A DNA stretch of 63,147 nucleotides, filler included, from Ministeria vibrans ATCC 50519 (taxonomy: Eukaryota; Protista; Filasterea): the NCBI GenBank assembly GCA_943704425.1. It is 6 parts of 6 records of this genome, joined end to end, with 100 filler letters (N's around TTAATTAATTAA, not from the genome) between each part and the next. Parts side by side here need not be neighbours in the genome. Positions count along the whole stretch, not along the records: positions 30,513 to 54,035 come from CALSCP010002206.1; 5 more parts are not named here. One strand, 5' to 3'. Position numbers and translations under genes: made by a program. The notes beneath the pieces are model-generated. The model made no database searches, was not told the DNA's origin, and saw only the letters and a program-made list of their open reading frames with translations. Positions 36,750 to 49,206 of this stretch are shown one piece after another. Positions within the stretch are counted from its first letter, which is position 1, and each line of letters opens with the position of its first letter.

Positions 36750-37675
36750 CTTCTGAGTTGATGGAGAGCAGTTTTTGCGTACTGACATTCATCAGTGCCA
36801 ATGACTGTGATGTACTCCCCTCGTCTGCCGAAGAGAACAGTGGCTCCCATTGCTCGCGAGGCCCAACCGCCTCCACTTGTGCACTGCAAAATTTCTGAGT
36901 AAGGAACACCCCTCTCACTCTGACACGTACGTGACTGTTCCATCTCTGTCCGCGCCCACATAGCGATTGTAAGGCGACTTGAGAGCAATCTTGCCACCGC
37001 CCAAGTCCACCACCATAAACACCTATTGAGAGAGAGAGTGAGAGAGAGTGTGTGAGAGAGAGTGTGTGAGAGAGAGTGTGTGTGTGTTTGAGAGAGAGAG
37101 GGAGAGAGAAAAAGCGATAGAGAGAGAGAAAAACAAAGTGATAGAGAGAGAGGAACAAAGTGATAGAGAAAGAAACAATGTGATAGAGAGAGAAAGAAAC
37201 AAAGTGATAGAGAGAGAGGTCAACGTCGCAATGACTGTGGCTGTGCTTTACCTCTTGAGGTTGCGGTCCCTCCGCTTCAAACGGCTCGCTCGCCGTCACA
37301 TCGCCTCCCGACAGTGCCCGCAGCAGCGACCCGGGCGCGTGCGTCCCCTGAATCAGCACAGCGCCCCTCAAATGAGTCGGATCGTGCATGGGCCACCAGC
37401 GCCCAAAGCGCACTGCAAACACAAACGCACACCGCAATGTAAGCAGCGCGACAGCGGGGCCATTGACACACACACACACACACCCACACACACACGCATC
37501 AGACACAGCCAACCACACACGTCACAAGGGCCCTCTCATCGTCTATGGTTGCGTTACGTTCGACCGGCACTTCTTCGACGTCGTCGCTTCGTTCCTTGCG
37601 CTTCTTCTTCTTGTGTTTCTTCTCGCCCTTGAACGACAGTCGTCCACTGCGCACCTTCTCATACGTGTCCGACAT
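36750..37675 (-). CDS. FRG1: FRG1 (FSHD region gene 1) homologue, 3' end in gap
   Basis: MSDTYEKVRSGRLSFKGEKKHKKKKRK, GRWW, EGPQPQE|VFMVVDLGGGKIALKSPYNRYVG, EAVGPREQWEPLF. Confidence 0.92.
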
Positions 37676-38845
37676 ATCGAGCAAAGCTGAAACAAAAGAT
37701 GAGAAAATTGTATTAAATATGATGACAGAACTAAAATACGACGATTAATATTGGTTGCAATAATTGGTGTGGCACATTGATTCGATTATTTCGATATTTA
37801 TTGAACGTCCTGAACGCCTCTCGGCTCTGACTCAGCCTCTGAGGATCAGTAGATCCAGCATAACCTTCGTATAACCTTGTATTCCGTGCGCCTACTTAGT
37901 TGCCCAAGGATACGCCATGACGAAGCCATGACTCCCATAATATAATAATTTATTATTGTATAATTATATTATGTATTTTATTATATTATATAATTTATTA
38001 TTAATTTATTATTAAAATATATGCATGAACTTCACTACTTCAGAGAGAAAGTAAACTAGCGGAGCACCATAATTATTATTATTATTATTCTAATTTTATT
38101 CAGTTTCATCAGTTTTTTTTTGACTTTGAATTATTAAAATCGTCGTTGACAAAAAACGCACTTGAACACTCAAAGTAAGCGCTTGGCAGCAAACACATTT
38201 GGATGTGTGTGGGTGTGTGTCTTGTTTGTGTCAGTTTGCGGGGCTGGCATGTGTCGAACCTTCTTGGGAATTTGACAATAACCGAACGCAAACATTGAAA
38301 AAACAACATTCCACAATTGTGTGAAAATTACCTGCAATTTTCTGCCCGCTATGTAGCACATGGTATACAGGGGCTATGTGTGTGTATTTTCGGGTATCAG
38401 CGGGGGCTGGCGTGGGCGGAGTGTATCATCAACATTTTTTTGTGTTTCAGTCGAAGAAAAAAAGAAGCTCAATTTTCGGGAGTTGACTCGGTGAAAAAAT
38501 GACCCGAAAATCTGCTAACCATGGTCAATCGGGATGTTTATTCCGCTCACGTCGTTGGATGTGCTTTTATCTAGTGTGTTGATGAAGGGTGTATCATGGC
38601 GGATGTTTTCCACTCCCTCCCTTGAGTTTTTTTCCGTTCTTCGAACGTTCTTCTGTTTTCTTTTTATGTCGAACCGAAAAATATTAATTCATATAATTAT
38701 AATTATTATTTTTATCTCACCGGCTGTCATGTTATTATTAATTTTTTCCTTGCGTAATAACTGTATCATTAATTAAATATGGGGTTTATTTTCTTTCTTC
38801 TTCTTCTAATAGTTTATTTTTCCTTCATTTTTCCTCATTTTAGAG

Positions 38846-38987
38846 ATGAAAAATTCTGTGAAAGTTTCGATGACTTTTGTTGCCGTGCTCTTGGTCACCC
38901 TGGCCGACCGCAGCGAGGCAATGAGCAGTGGAAATGGTACCAAATGAGAGCGCGCGTGCACGTGTGTACATATTATTATTATTATTG

Positions 38988-39025
<38 letters not shown>

Positions 39026-40533
39026 AATAATTATTTATTATTATTAATTATTTTTTAATTAATTTATTTTAAAAATCAGGCAAGTTCTACCTGAAAATCA
39101 ACCAAGCGGCGCTCACTGACCCGAGCCTGCCCACCGGCGACGAGATTTTTGGCGGGGTTCAGTGTGCGACATTGACTGGGGATGCGCTTACGGCTTTCAC
39201 CGGCGGTAACATCAAGAAGCTCGTGATGATGGCACAGGCACCGTCGCTCGCCGCCAAACTTGGCCATGTCGCTAATGATGCTGCATCAAAGGCGCTCACT
39301 AAAATAGAGCACACGATTCGCAACAAGATCATCAAGAAAATTGCCGAATCAGTGGGCATTGACAGTCTTGATGATATTGGCCTTGGAGCTGTGGGAGACC
39401 TTATCCCCGGTGTCGGCGAGGTATTTATGGGCATTCAGGCGGCCGATTTGGTCTTCCATATTGGCTCTGGAGAGACGCACGACATTGATTTCGCCGGACA
39501 GAACCAATGGAACTCATGGGCCGGTGTGAAGCAGAGGACGTCTTTTGAGGTGAGAAAAAACCAAACGAAGGAGCGACAGGAAGCTTACTCCCCCGTTTTT
39601 ATGTAGATTGACCCAGAGGTGTCACTTCCGGCACTGTGCAAGATTATGATCAGCCAGGACACCCTTGGACCCAATACGCCTCTCGCTCAAGTGCTCGTTC
39701 AGCCGTTTGCTCCCGTGCCGTCATATGTCCAGGCCAATTCGGGTAACGCGCGCACAGGCACACGCAAACAAAACACGCAATCTCAAAGCCTCTTCAATTT
39801 TCTCATATCAGACAAAATGGCGGCGACAATCACTGGACTTGAGTACACAAGCCTGCTTGACTCGAGCAAGTGCCCCAGCTATATGAGCTCATGTACCTTC
39901 TGCGAGGCCTCAATGACGTTCGTGCCGCAGGGCGAGTGTGACTCGCGCACGTACCTGCAGAGCGAGTCCACCGTGCTCGCCCAATGGGCTGGCGTGTACA
40001 CGGCGACGGAGGACCCAACAAGCACATGCAACCCGTTGCTCAAGTGCTGCGTCGATGGTCTTGTGCTCACAGACAGCACACTCATCAGCTTCTTCACGGG
40101 AATTTGCCTCTCCTTCGTGCAACTCGACCAAATTGCCCCTGCAGGCCTGTCGACGCAATCGTGGACGACGGAGGGAGGCATGACCTTGCAGCGCGTTCGG
40201 AACGGCATCATCGTGACATCGACCACTGATCAGACGTTGCAGCAGAGCCTGCAGTGGGAGTCGCTCGAGAGCGGCCAAGCCAGCGTGGACGCCATGCTCG
40301 AGCGTCTCGCCCCACAGGACGCAAACTACCTCGCTTCGACGCCGCCGCCCGCCGATGCCCCCTCTGGTGCGCGTCTCTCCGCGCCTGCCATGGTCGCCAT
40401 TGTCGGAGGCGTGCTGCTGACGCTACTGGCCGTCGTTGGCGCCGTAGTCGGTGTGCGTCGCCGTCGCCAGCGCCTGCGTCTCGTCGACAGCGCCTCTGTT
40501 GTCCATGTGCCGCTCATGGAGGTGACTGCGTGA
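38846..40533 (+). CDS. Orphan type I membrane protein (signal peptide, amphipathic helical block, Cys-containing ectodomain, C-terminal TM)
   Basis: MKNSVKVSMTFVAVLLVTLADRSEA; introns near 38937-39079 and 39550-39606; TM AMVAIVGGVLLTLLAVVGAVVGV followed by RRRRQR. Confidence 0.75.
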
Positions 40534-40904
40534 GATTTATCTGACCATTTCATCGATCAACAAAGAAAGAATAAAGGATTAAGCTTGATTCAACCAATGT
40601 CTTGCTGTCAAGTGTCAAAGTGTCAATAATTTGCTGTCCCGCTCAGTACTTTGTATTTAGTCAGTAGTTTCCGTGGAGGGTCACTAGTACAAGTCAATTA
40701 ATCAAAAGACTAAAAATATAATAATAATTATTAGAAGAAGAAGAATACAACCCATTTATTAATGATACAGTCACCACTATTATTATTATTATTATAATAA
40801 TACTAATAATAAATAATAATAATAATTATTATTATTATTATTATTAGTAGTTACTATTAATTACTAGAAGAATAATTTACTTAGTTCACTTTTTTTTGTT
40901 AATC

Positions 40905-43900
40905 ATGGATCAGGAGTACCAACGTGTCCGTCTGCTCGGCAAAGGATCGTTTGGGAGTGCCTACCTGTTCCGTCGGGTGGACGATCAACAGTTGGTGGTG
41001 CTCAAAGAAGTGGCACTTCAGTCAATGAAACTCACCCAACGCAATGCGGCTCTTCTCGAGGTGATCATGATAGGCCGACTGGCATCCGCAAAGTAGTCGT
41101 CTAATCATTCAATACCATGCAAGGTCGAAGTGTTGGCGTCGTTGAGCCATCCCAATATTATTAGTGAGTTGCATTATCGTTGCATATTTATTGGTCTTCA
41201 AGTCTCACCCCCCTCGTCCCCCAATAGGCTATTACGACACGTATGTCGATGGAAATGTGCTTCTCATTGAGATGGAGTACGCCGACGGCGGAGACCTGCA
41301 CAGGCGACTCGAAGAGAACCGTGCCAAGGCATCCTTCCTTGCTCGTGACGACGCCGAGTCGTACTTTGTGCAGCTCTCTTTGGCCCTTGCCTATGTTCAC
41401 CAGGCAGGCGTTATCCATCGTGATATCAAGCCTCTCAATGTGTTTTTAACCCGTTCAGGCGTTGTAAAACTTGGCGATTTTGGCGTTGCCAAGGTGACGC
41501 GAAAGTGACCCTGAACATAGCACTCAAAACTAATCTTCTCCTAAATATGTCTTATAATATTATGTATAGGTGGCACTGGGCGACGGTGCAGCGGAGACGG
41601 TGACTGGTACGCGCATGTATATGGCACCCGAATTGTTTTTGGGTCAGGGCTACACGAATAAGGTGGATCAGTGGGCGCTTGGCTGTGTGTTGTACGAGCT
41701 GTTGTGTTGCGGTGCCCGAGCGTTTCAGGGTGGCAACGAGTTGGCACTTGCCAATACCATTGTGGAGGGCCACTTTGCGAGTTTGCCCGAAACACGCGAG
41801 CAACTCGAACAACGTTACGGGGGAACACTGGTAAAGTTGCTCTTCGCATTGTTGACTGTCGACGCAGCGGTTCGACCGACCGCGCACGAGTGTGCCATGG
41901 CTGAGGAACTCCAGAGTGCCCGTGAGCGATGCGAGCGACGCATTCTCATGAATCAACACAGCGTCCTGACGCCCAGTGATGATAAATATACTTCGCCACA
42001 TATGCATGCAGGAGTAGGAGGAGGAGGAGAAGGAGGAGGAGGACCACGGATTCGCGAGACGGATACAACAGTGCACTATTGGGGCGGAGGACGCAGCACG
42101 GCCAAAACTCTGTGGGCAAACGCGAACAGTACGACAACGGGTGGCAGCACATCGGCAACGTCCTCGGGGGCATTCCGCATTGATAGTCGACAGGACCGAG
42201 TGCGGTTGGATGTAATGCAGCACGAGCAGCGACTGGAGGAAGGACAGCGACACAAGGCGGTGCGTGTGGCTGCCGGTGGGTCGCACTACGCGGCCATCAC
42301 AGTTGATGGAGATGTATTTACGTGGGGCGACCAGCTGTCGCGTGACAACAATAGTGGACAATTGGGCCATGGGGGGCTGGCAAGTCAGCGGACGCCCAAG
42401 CGAGTGGAGGCGCTGGTGGGGCTTGAGCGGGGCGGAAGAGTGGTGAGTGTGGCATGTGGAGCGGACTTTACTGTGTGTGCGATGGAGTCTGGTGAGTGCT
42501 ATGCGTTTGGATCGAACTACGACGGAACGTTGGGCATTGCTATCGGAGATCATGAATTCGTCGTCGAAGTCGAGGACGAAGTCATAGAGAAGGCTGCGTC
42601 TCCAGTACGAGTGGGATACTTTGATGGACGGTCGCCGGAGCGCAGCGTAGTACAAGTGTACTGTGGTGAAGCGCATGTGTGTGCAGTGACACAGGACGGC
42701 AGTGCATATGTGTGGGGCAATGGCGATTTGGGGCGATTGGGACTGGGGGATGAGGAGACCCGTGGACGGCCTGTACGTGTGCCAATACGAGGTGCGTGTG
42801 TGCGCGCAGTGGCGTGCTCGGAGGACACGACGCTGTTTTTGTGCGATGGAGGAAGAGTGTTTGGCTGTGGACACAACGAGTACAACAAGGCATGTTTGGA
42901 TCGTCCTCCAGGACTGTTGGTTCAGCGCAAGCGGCGTCGAAAGGAGCGCCAACTCAGACAGAGTCGAGTCGACAGCGCCAGTACAAGAGAAGAATGGTCG
43001 CCAGCAACAACAGGAAATGATTCCGCCGGATCCGGATTGGCTTGCGGTGGAGCAGTTGAGTGCGATGAAGAAACAGGCCATGTGGATGTGGCGCGCCGGG
43101 TGCAGCCGTGTCGGCAGTTGCGAGCACACTCGATCGTTGCCATGGCGAGCGGAACGCACCATTCTCTGTTCGTTACTGCGCGCGGACACGTGCTTGCCGT
43201 GGGCGCCAATCGACACGGGCAGTTGGGACAGGGTCACACGCGCAGAGTCGGCAGCGATCGACGTCCTCAGGTACTCTATACTAAAAGTACTATCTTTTTT
43301 TGTGTACAGGAGTACGAAGTAGTCGCTTGACAATGATGATTTGGCTCGTGGTTGTTGTAGCTCATTAAGGCACTACAGGGCCATCGAGTTGTTCGTGTGG
43401 CGTGTGGAGAGGACTTTTCCGTGGCGGCCACGGATTATGACGAGAATCTGTTGTTTGTGTGGGGATGGAACGACTCGTACGTGCACATGAGAGAGATTTT
43501 TGCAAAGCATGACAAAAACAGCTGATTAAAATAAATATAAAAGACGTAATAATAATAATTATTATTATTTATATATAGGGGACGGCTAATGGAACTGTTG
43601 ATGAGCGAGAGTGGGAGTGTGACACTGCCACGAGCGGTCTTTGGAAGTCAGTTGGCTGTGGTGGATGTGGCTGCCTTTGGTGCGCGTGCGATTATGATTG
43701 CGGAGCGGACCTTGACAGAGAGGACTGTGGAGGCGATTGAGACGGGCAGTAGTGAGACGTCTCGTGTGGCAGTGGGGGCGGTGCTGAAGAGTCTGCAGAG
43801 GGAGCAAGGAATTGAAGGGAGGAGACGCCATCATGAACATCAAGGAAGTAACGTGGAGTCGCAGGAGGAGGTGCCTGAATGGCTTGCGGATGAATTTGCC

Positions 43901-44299
43901 CCGGCTAATTCTGCGAGCAGTCCACAGCGTACCGTCGAGTGCAGTGATGATGACGACGTGCCCGACTGGCTTGTAAAAGAGTTTGAAGAGGCGGTACGTG
44001 ACGATGTGAATAAGAACGCCGTTGAGACAGCATGCACGAGTGCAGTGCGTGAAGTGCGCGCTACAGCTGCAGGTACCCTCATCGACGTGCGCTCGACGTC
44101 GACGTCGACATCGAGCCTGAGCGAGAGTGCGAGTGCTCAACGGTTGCGAGAGTTGCGTGAGCGCGGGCGTACACTCAGTACAGCCCTGATGGCATTTGAC
44201 GAGGAGATGCAAGCCGGGAGTGAGCGTGAACACGAGAAACTTCGATTGACGCGTGAGCGACTCGCGCTCATTGAATCAATTCATGAAGACGTCATGTAA
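40905..44299 (+). CDS. NEK9: NIMA-related kinase with RCC1 repeats and C-terminal coiled coil (NEK9-like)
   Basis: LGKGSFG, VLKEV, HRDIKPLNVFL, KLGDFG, YMAPE; RCC1 repeats (VFTWG..GQLGHG, VACGADFT, VYCGEAH..WGNGDLGRLGLG); VPxWLxxEF motifs; terminal coiled coil. Confidence 0.8.
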
Positions 44300-44421
44300 T
44301 GTAATAAACTCACTCATATTAAATGTCATTGATACAAGCATCAGCTGCAGGCCAAAGTTGATCGCGCGCGCGGTGATGATATTAATTAAGACCGCTTAAT
44401 CATAGCGGAAACGTCACACAA

Positions 44422-45397
44422 GCATTCGGTTAATATATCAGTCTCGCTCTCGAACACTCCGTACAGAATGCCACTATTACGCCAGTACGTTGCGCATTCA
44501 GATACATCTCAGAGATGTACCAGTTACCAAAGAAAAACAGTCAGCGACCAATAAGAGCTTGAGAGGCAAAAAAGAAGAGGGGGAACAAAATGCGTATGAA
44601 CTGCGACAACACACACTTTGCTCACAGTATAAAAGTCGGATCAAATTCGTTTCTTCAATCACTTTTCTTTCTCTCTTCTCTCTCTCTCCGCTTACCTACT
44701 ACTACACTACACAAGGCTCCAACACCTTGAACAAACCCAAATCGCATACCAACTTCAGATCAATCAATCATGCCTCAAAAAATGGAAATCATTCCCGTCG
44801 CAGCCGCGACCGACCTCTGCCTTGACGCGTACAGCAACAAGAAATACCGCTACATCATCTACCGAGTCTCGGCCGACCAAACGGTATGATACCTTTGCTG
44901 TTGACAGTGTTGTTGGACATGAGTTGAAACCAAGTTGAAACGAATAATACTCAACGTCGTATTTTCAATTTTCTCCTTTCCATCAGGAATACGAGGTTGA
45001 GAAGGTCGGCGGTCGCGACGAAGGCTACGACGACTTTGTGGGGTCGTTGCCGGCGGACGAGGCGCGCGCTGCGGTTCTTGTGTTTACGTACCGGACAGTG
45101 TCTGGCGGACTGCGCGCCAAGACGGTCTTCGTCTCGTACGTGCCCGACAGCCTTCCTGTCAAGACGCGCATGCTGTCGGTGGCGACGTCGGGAGGCCTGG
45201 CCAAGGCGCTGGGCAAGATCAACGCATTCCATAGTCTGTTTCATGCGGGCGATCACGACACACTCGCCGTGGACGACATGCTCAAGCGCGTTTCGAAGTT
45301 TGAGCTGGACAGCGTCGACACTACTGTCGCTGTGTGTACCGACTAGGATATTTAACTTTTTCAGTTTTCAAAATAACTTGTTGTACAGTGCAAAAAA
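44422..45397 (+). repeat. ~1 kb direct duplication, copy 1 (copy 2 at 47821-49003)
   Basis: Near-identical from GCATTCGGTTAAT to CAGTGCAAAAAA, with about five differences. Confidence 0.92.
44770..45346 (+). CDS. ADF/cofilin family actin-depolymerising protein, copy 1
   Basis: KKYRYIIYRVSADQT|EYEVEKVGGRDEGYDDFVGSLP...KTVFVSYVPDSLPVKTRML; one intron. Confidence 0.9.
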
Positions 45398-46115
45398 ACA
45401 ATGATACTCAAGAAAACTTTCTTATAAGAAGACTTAAAGAAGAAGAATCATCCCCATGCATATAAACTCACCTGTGGGTGTGACATGCGGCGCGCCCGCG
45501 CCGCTTGGGGAGGCGTGCCTAAGATTCTGCGAGCCCCAAAAGTTAATAAGAGAAAAAGTAGAAGAAGAAGAATAAGAGAACAAGTAGAATTCTGGCTGGG
45601 ACTCACCAACTCAGAATTTTTTAGAAGAATTGAAAGGTCCGCATTTATATGGGGTGTTTGTTCGTCTCCTGTTCATTGCGGATTTCCTTGCTGTTCGAAT
45701 CGGTTTGTCATTGCTGTCAATGCTGTGTTGTCATGGAGTACCCTGGTGAAAATAGCAATGTGTGGGGGACGTTGGGGTGAGCGTGGCAGGGGAGTTGGAC
45801 GGGAGTTCGCTTATTATATTGATAATTCTTTTTTCGACGCTTTTCTCATCGCCCCTGGGAATGAATTGCGCTTCTCAACACTTAAACAATCAGCACATTG
45901 CTATTTAGACTGAGGGTTTCTGCTGTTTGCGGGGGTTAGTGGTGACTCCGTCGTGACGGGGATTGACGTTAGGGTGTTTATTTAATTTGTCCATAAGAAG
46001 TTTTAAAAATATTAAATTTTTACGCCCGCTCCACCGAGTGCTCATACCCTGAGCCAGTACTAGTACCACATGTACAAACCTCACAATCACTTTGCTTAAT
46101 AGACACAAAACAGCG

Positions 46116-47192
46116 ATGAGATTTGGCTTCTTTCAACCTTGGGGCTTCGGGGTTCTTCTGGCTGCAACCATCGTCCTTTTACTGGAGGCCAAGGTTGCAA
46201 CCGCTACGTCGAAACTGAATGATCATGACGCCTCCAATTTGTTGGACAAGCAAATGGATGCTCTAGAGAACCTGAGTCAAGCTGGTTATGGTGGATTCCC
46301 CCAACATGACTCAGAGGAGCAGATTCGCTTTGAAAGAGTGTCTTGCGGCTGGCGGCGGCGGCGGCGGATGACGACGTGTGCGACCGGAAAATTCAATGAA
46401 GACAGGACGTGTCCTTGTGTTGACTGCATACCGGGCAAGTACTCTAATACGATAGGGGCTACTCAATGCACGTCTTGTTCTGCGGGTCGGTACCAACCCC
46501 TTGCTGGTCAGACGTCTTGCAGCTTCGAGAGTGTGGACTGCGATCAAGAGCTGCAAGTGTGCCGCAATGGTGCTTCTTGTCTCAACGCAACTGTGGAAGG
46601 CACACGCTACTGCAATTGCTCCGCGGATTTTATTGGTAGCCTCTGCGATATTCCTAACCCGTGTCTGTTCAATGAATGTGCCAATGGTGGGACCTGCGAA
46701 CCAATTGCGGCGGAGACCTACACTTGCCGTTGCTCGGCCTTCTACAGCGGGCCTTACTGTACGACGCCAGTCGCCTACTATGAGGTTAATGCAACCGCAG
46801 CGTACTTTGGCTGTGTTGAAACAGTTGAGCTGCGGTCCGGTGTGAACGGGTCGCTGATTATTTGTCCGCCGGCTGCAGGTTTGCGCACTGGGCCTCTGTT
46901 ATTCCGCAACACGTCTGCCTGTCCCGTCGACCTTTCACCAACTCACCCAACCGTTGTCAACGCAAACGGAACCCTCGTGCTAGCTGGCAGTCACGCTAAT
47001 GCAACCGTCCTTGTTGGCGGTCCCTGGGATGATGATGTTGAATCCGCGTCAGCGACACTAGCGAGCCCCGGTGTCTCCATTTCCCATGTGCAGGTCGGCA
47101 ACGGTTCTCTGTTAATCCTGGAAGGCCCGATTACAATCTGCGGTACTCTCGTTACGTTGTTCAGCGTCGATATCGATTCGGCCCTGCCCTGA
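46116..47192 (+). CDS. Intronless secreted protein with CxxCxxGxY repeats and 2 EGF-like domains
   Basis: Signal peptide, WRRRRR polybasic site, CVDCIPGKYS..CTSCSAGRYQ, CRNGASC..CNCSADFIGSLC, CANGGTC..CRCSAFYSGPYC. Confidence 0.75.
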   Translation: MRFGFFQPWGFGVLLAATIVLLLEAKVATATSKLNDHDASNLLDKQMDALENLSQAGYGGFPQHDSEEQIRFERVSCGWRRRRRMTTCATGKFNEDRTCPCVDCIPGKYSNTIGATQCTSCSAGRYQPLAGQTSCSFESVDCDQELQVCRNGASCLNATVEGTRYCNCSADFIGSLCDIPNPCLFNECANGGTCEPIAAETYTCRCSAFYSGPYCTTPVAYYEVNATAAYFGCVETVELRSGVNGSLIICPPAAGLRTGPLLFRNTSACPVDLSPTHPTVVNANGTLVLAGSHANATVLVGGPWDDDVESASATLASPGVSISHVQVGNGSLLILEGPITICGTLVTLFSVDIDSALP

Positions 47193-48166
47193 TCATGAAG
47201 AGACGTTGAAGAGACGTTTGTGAACAGCTTTTGTTTTGTTTTGGGTCCATTTTCGTGTAAAAGTTTATTGCTACTCAGACATGAAAACGCTTATTACATA
47301 CATTGTCTCCGAAGAATATATCCCATTTGTTCTTATTGGAGATAATGTGAGTGCGGGTGTGATAGGCGTACAGGGTACTTGGTCTTCTTCTCGAGTTCGG
47401 TTTGGGTGATGTAGTACGGCGATTTGCGGTTGTTGAGGGTTCGTTGCGAGCGAGCATCAGCGGAGCATCAGCGGAGCATCAGCTAATCTTCTTGAATCAC
47501 CTTGGCTTCAGCAGCTTTGCTGGAGCCCTGCCTGCTGTTGCTCTGACATTGCTATAGTTGAGGGCCAGGTCAAATGCCTGTACCGGGGGTTAATTTCTCA
47601 TCAATATGGGTCATGAGGCAAACCTTGGCATAAAACTTGAGACGTCGTCTGCTCACTGTGGCCAGCGGTGGTTGTTGTAGTTTGCTGATGTTGTAGTTGT
47701 GAGACGGTTGCACACGTGCGACACTGGAACGTGTCGGCCGTCGCGTCAACTTGGATGCTCTTAATTACGACCGCCCTCAAACCCAACCGAAACTGAGACG
47801 TCATGTGTGTGTGTGAACTGGCATTCGGTTAATATCAGTCTCGCTCTCGAACACTCCGTACAGAATGCCACTATTACGCCAGTACGTTGCGCATTCAGAT
47901 ACATCTCAGAGATGTACCAGTTACCAAAGGAAAACAGTCAGCGACCAATAAGAGCTTGAGAGGCAAAAAAGAAGAGGGGGAACAAAATGCGTATGAACTG
48001 CGACAACACACACTTTGCTCACAGTATAAAAGTCGGATCAAATTCGTTTCTTCAGTCACTTTTCTTTCTCTCTTCTCTCTCTCTCCGCTTACCTACTACT
48101 ACACTACACAAGGCTCCAACACCTTGAACAAACCCAAATCGCATACCAACTTCAGATCAATCAATC

Positions 48167-48952
48167 ATGCCTCAAAAAATGGAAATCATTCCCGTCGCAG
48201 CCGCGACCGACCTCTGCCTTGACGCGTACAGCAACAAGAAATACCGCTACATCATCTACCGAGTCTCGGCCGACCAAACGGTATGATACCTTTGCTGTTG
48301 ACAGTGTTGTTGGACATGAGTTGAAACCAAGTTGAAACGAATAATACTCAACGTCGTATTTTCAATTTTCTCCTTTCCATCAGGAATACGAGGTTGAGAA
48401 GGTCGGCGGTCGCGACGAAGGCTACGACGACTTTGTGGGGTCGTTGCCGGCGGACGAGGCGCGCGCTGCGGTTCTTGTGTTTACGTACCGGACAGTGTCT
48501 GGCGGACTGCGCGCCAAGACGGTCTTCGTCTCGTACGTGCCCGACAGCCTTCCTGTCAAGACGCGCATGCTGTCGGTGGCGACGTCGGGAGGCCTGGCCA
48601 AGGCGCTGGGCAAGATCAACGCATTCCATAGTCTGTTTCATGCGGGCGATCACGACACACTCGCCGTGGACGACATGCTCAAGCGCGTTTCGAAGTTTGA
48701 GCTGGACAGCGTCGACACNNNNNNNNNNNNNNNNNNNNNNNNNNNNNNNNNNNNNNNNNNNNNNNNNNNNNNNNNNNNNNNNNNNNNNNNNNNNNNNNNN
48801 NNNNNNNNNNNNNNNNGGGCAAGATCAACGCATTCCATAGTCTGTTTCATGCGGGCGATCACGACACACTCGCCGTGGACGACATGCTCAAGCGCGTTTC
48901 GAAGTTTGAGCTGGACAGCGTCGACACCACTGTCGCTGTGTGTACCGACTAG
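48167..48952 (+). CDS. ADF/cofilin family protein, copy 2 (spans a gap with a 111-bp overlap artefact)
   Basis: Same peptide as copy 1; 48608-48718 is repeated at 48817-48927 after the N gap. Confidence 0.85.
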
Positions 48953-49206
48953 GATGTTTAACTTTTTCAGTTTTCAAAATAACTTGTTGTACAGTGCAAA
49001 AAATGAAGAATCTTATTATTGTTATTCATTTCGCATTCTTCCTCCGCCTTCTACACTTCAACTCGCTCCAGTCCGTCTCGACCGACGCCCCATCGTGCCA
49101 TTGTGCTACGTTCTACGCGCTGTGCTGTCTGCAGATTGTGTTTTTTGGGCCTTTTCGCGACGGATTTTGCGAGGGACGCCCCGCACGCCAAATCGGAGGG
49201 CGAAAA

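Noticed and set aside
35421-36788. Long ORFs of SLSL/ERER content (also poly-I/N/Y ORFs at 1109-1526 and 54084-54293)
   Set aside because: Translations of microsatellites and N gaps.
37860-37883. ATAACCTTCGTATAACC, resembling a loxP half-site
   Set aside because: It has an extra base and no inverted second arm.
41552-43333. Long antisense ORFs (also 6620-8542, 10877-11977, 49636-50862)
   Set aside because: Shadows of GC-rich coding sequence on the opposite strand, with no motifs.
48817-48927. Possible third cofilin copy
   Set aside because: An exact 111-bp overlap across the N gap; most simply an unmerged contig overlap.
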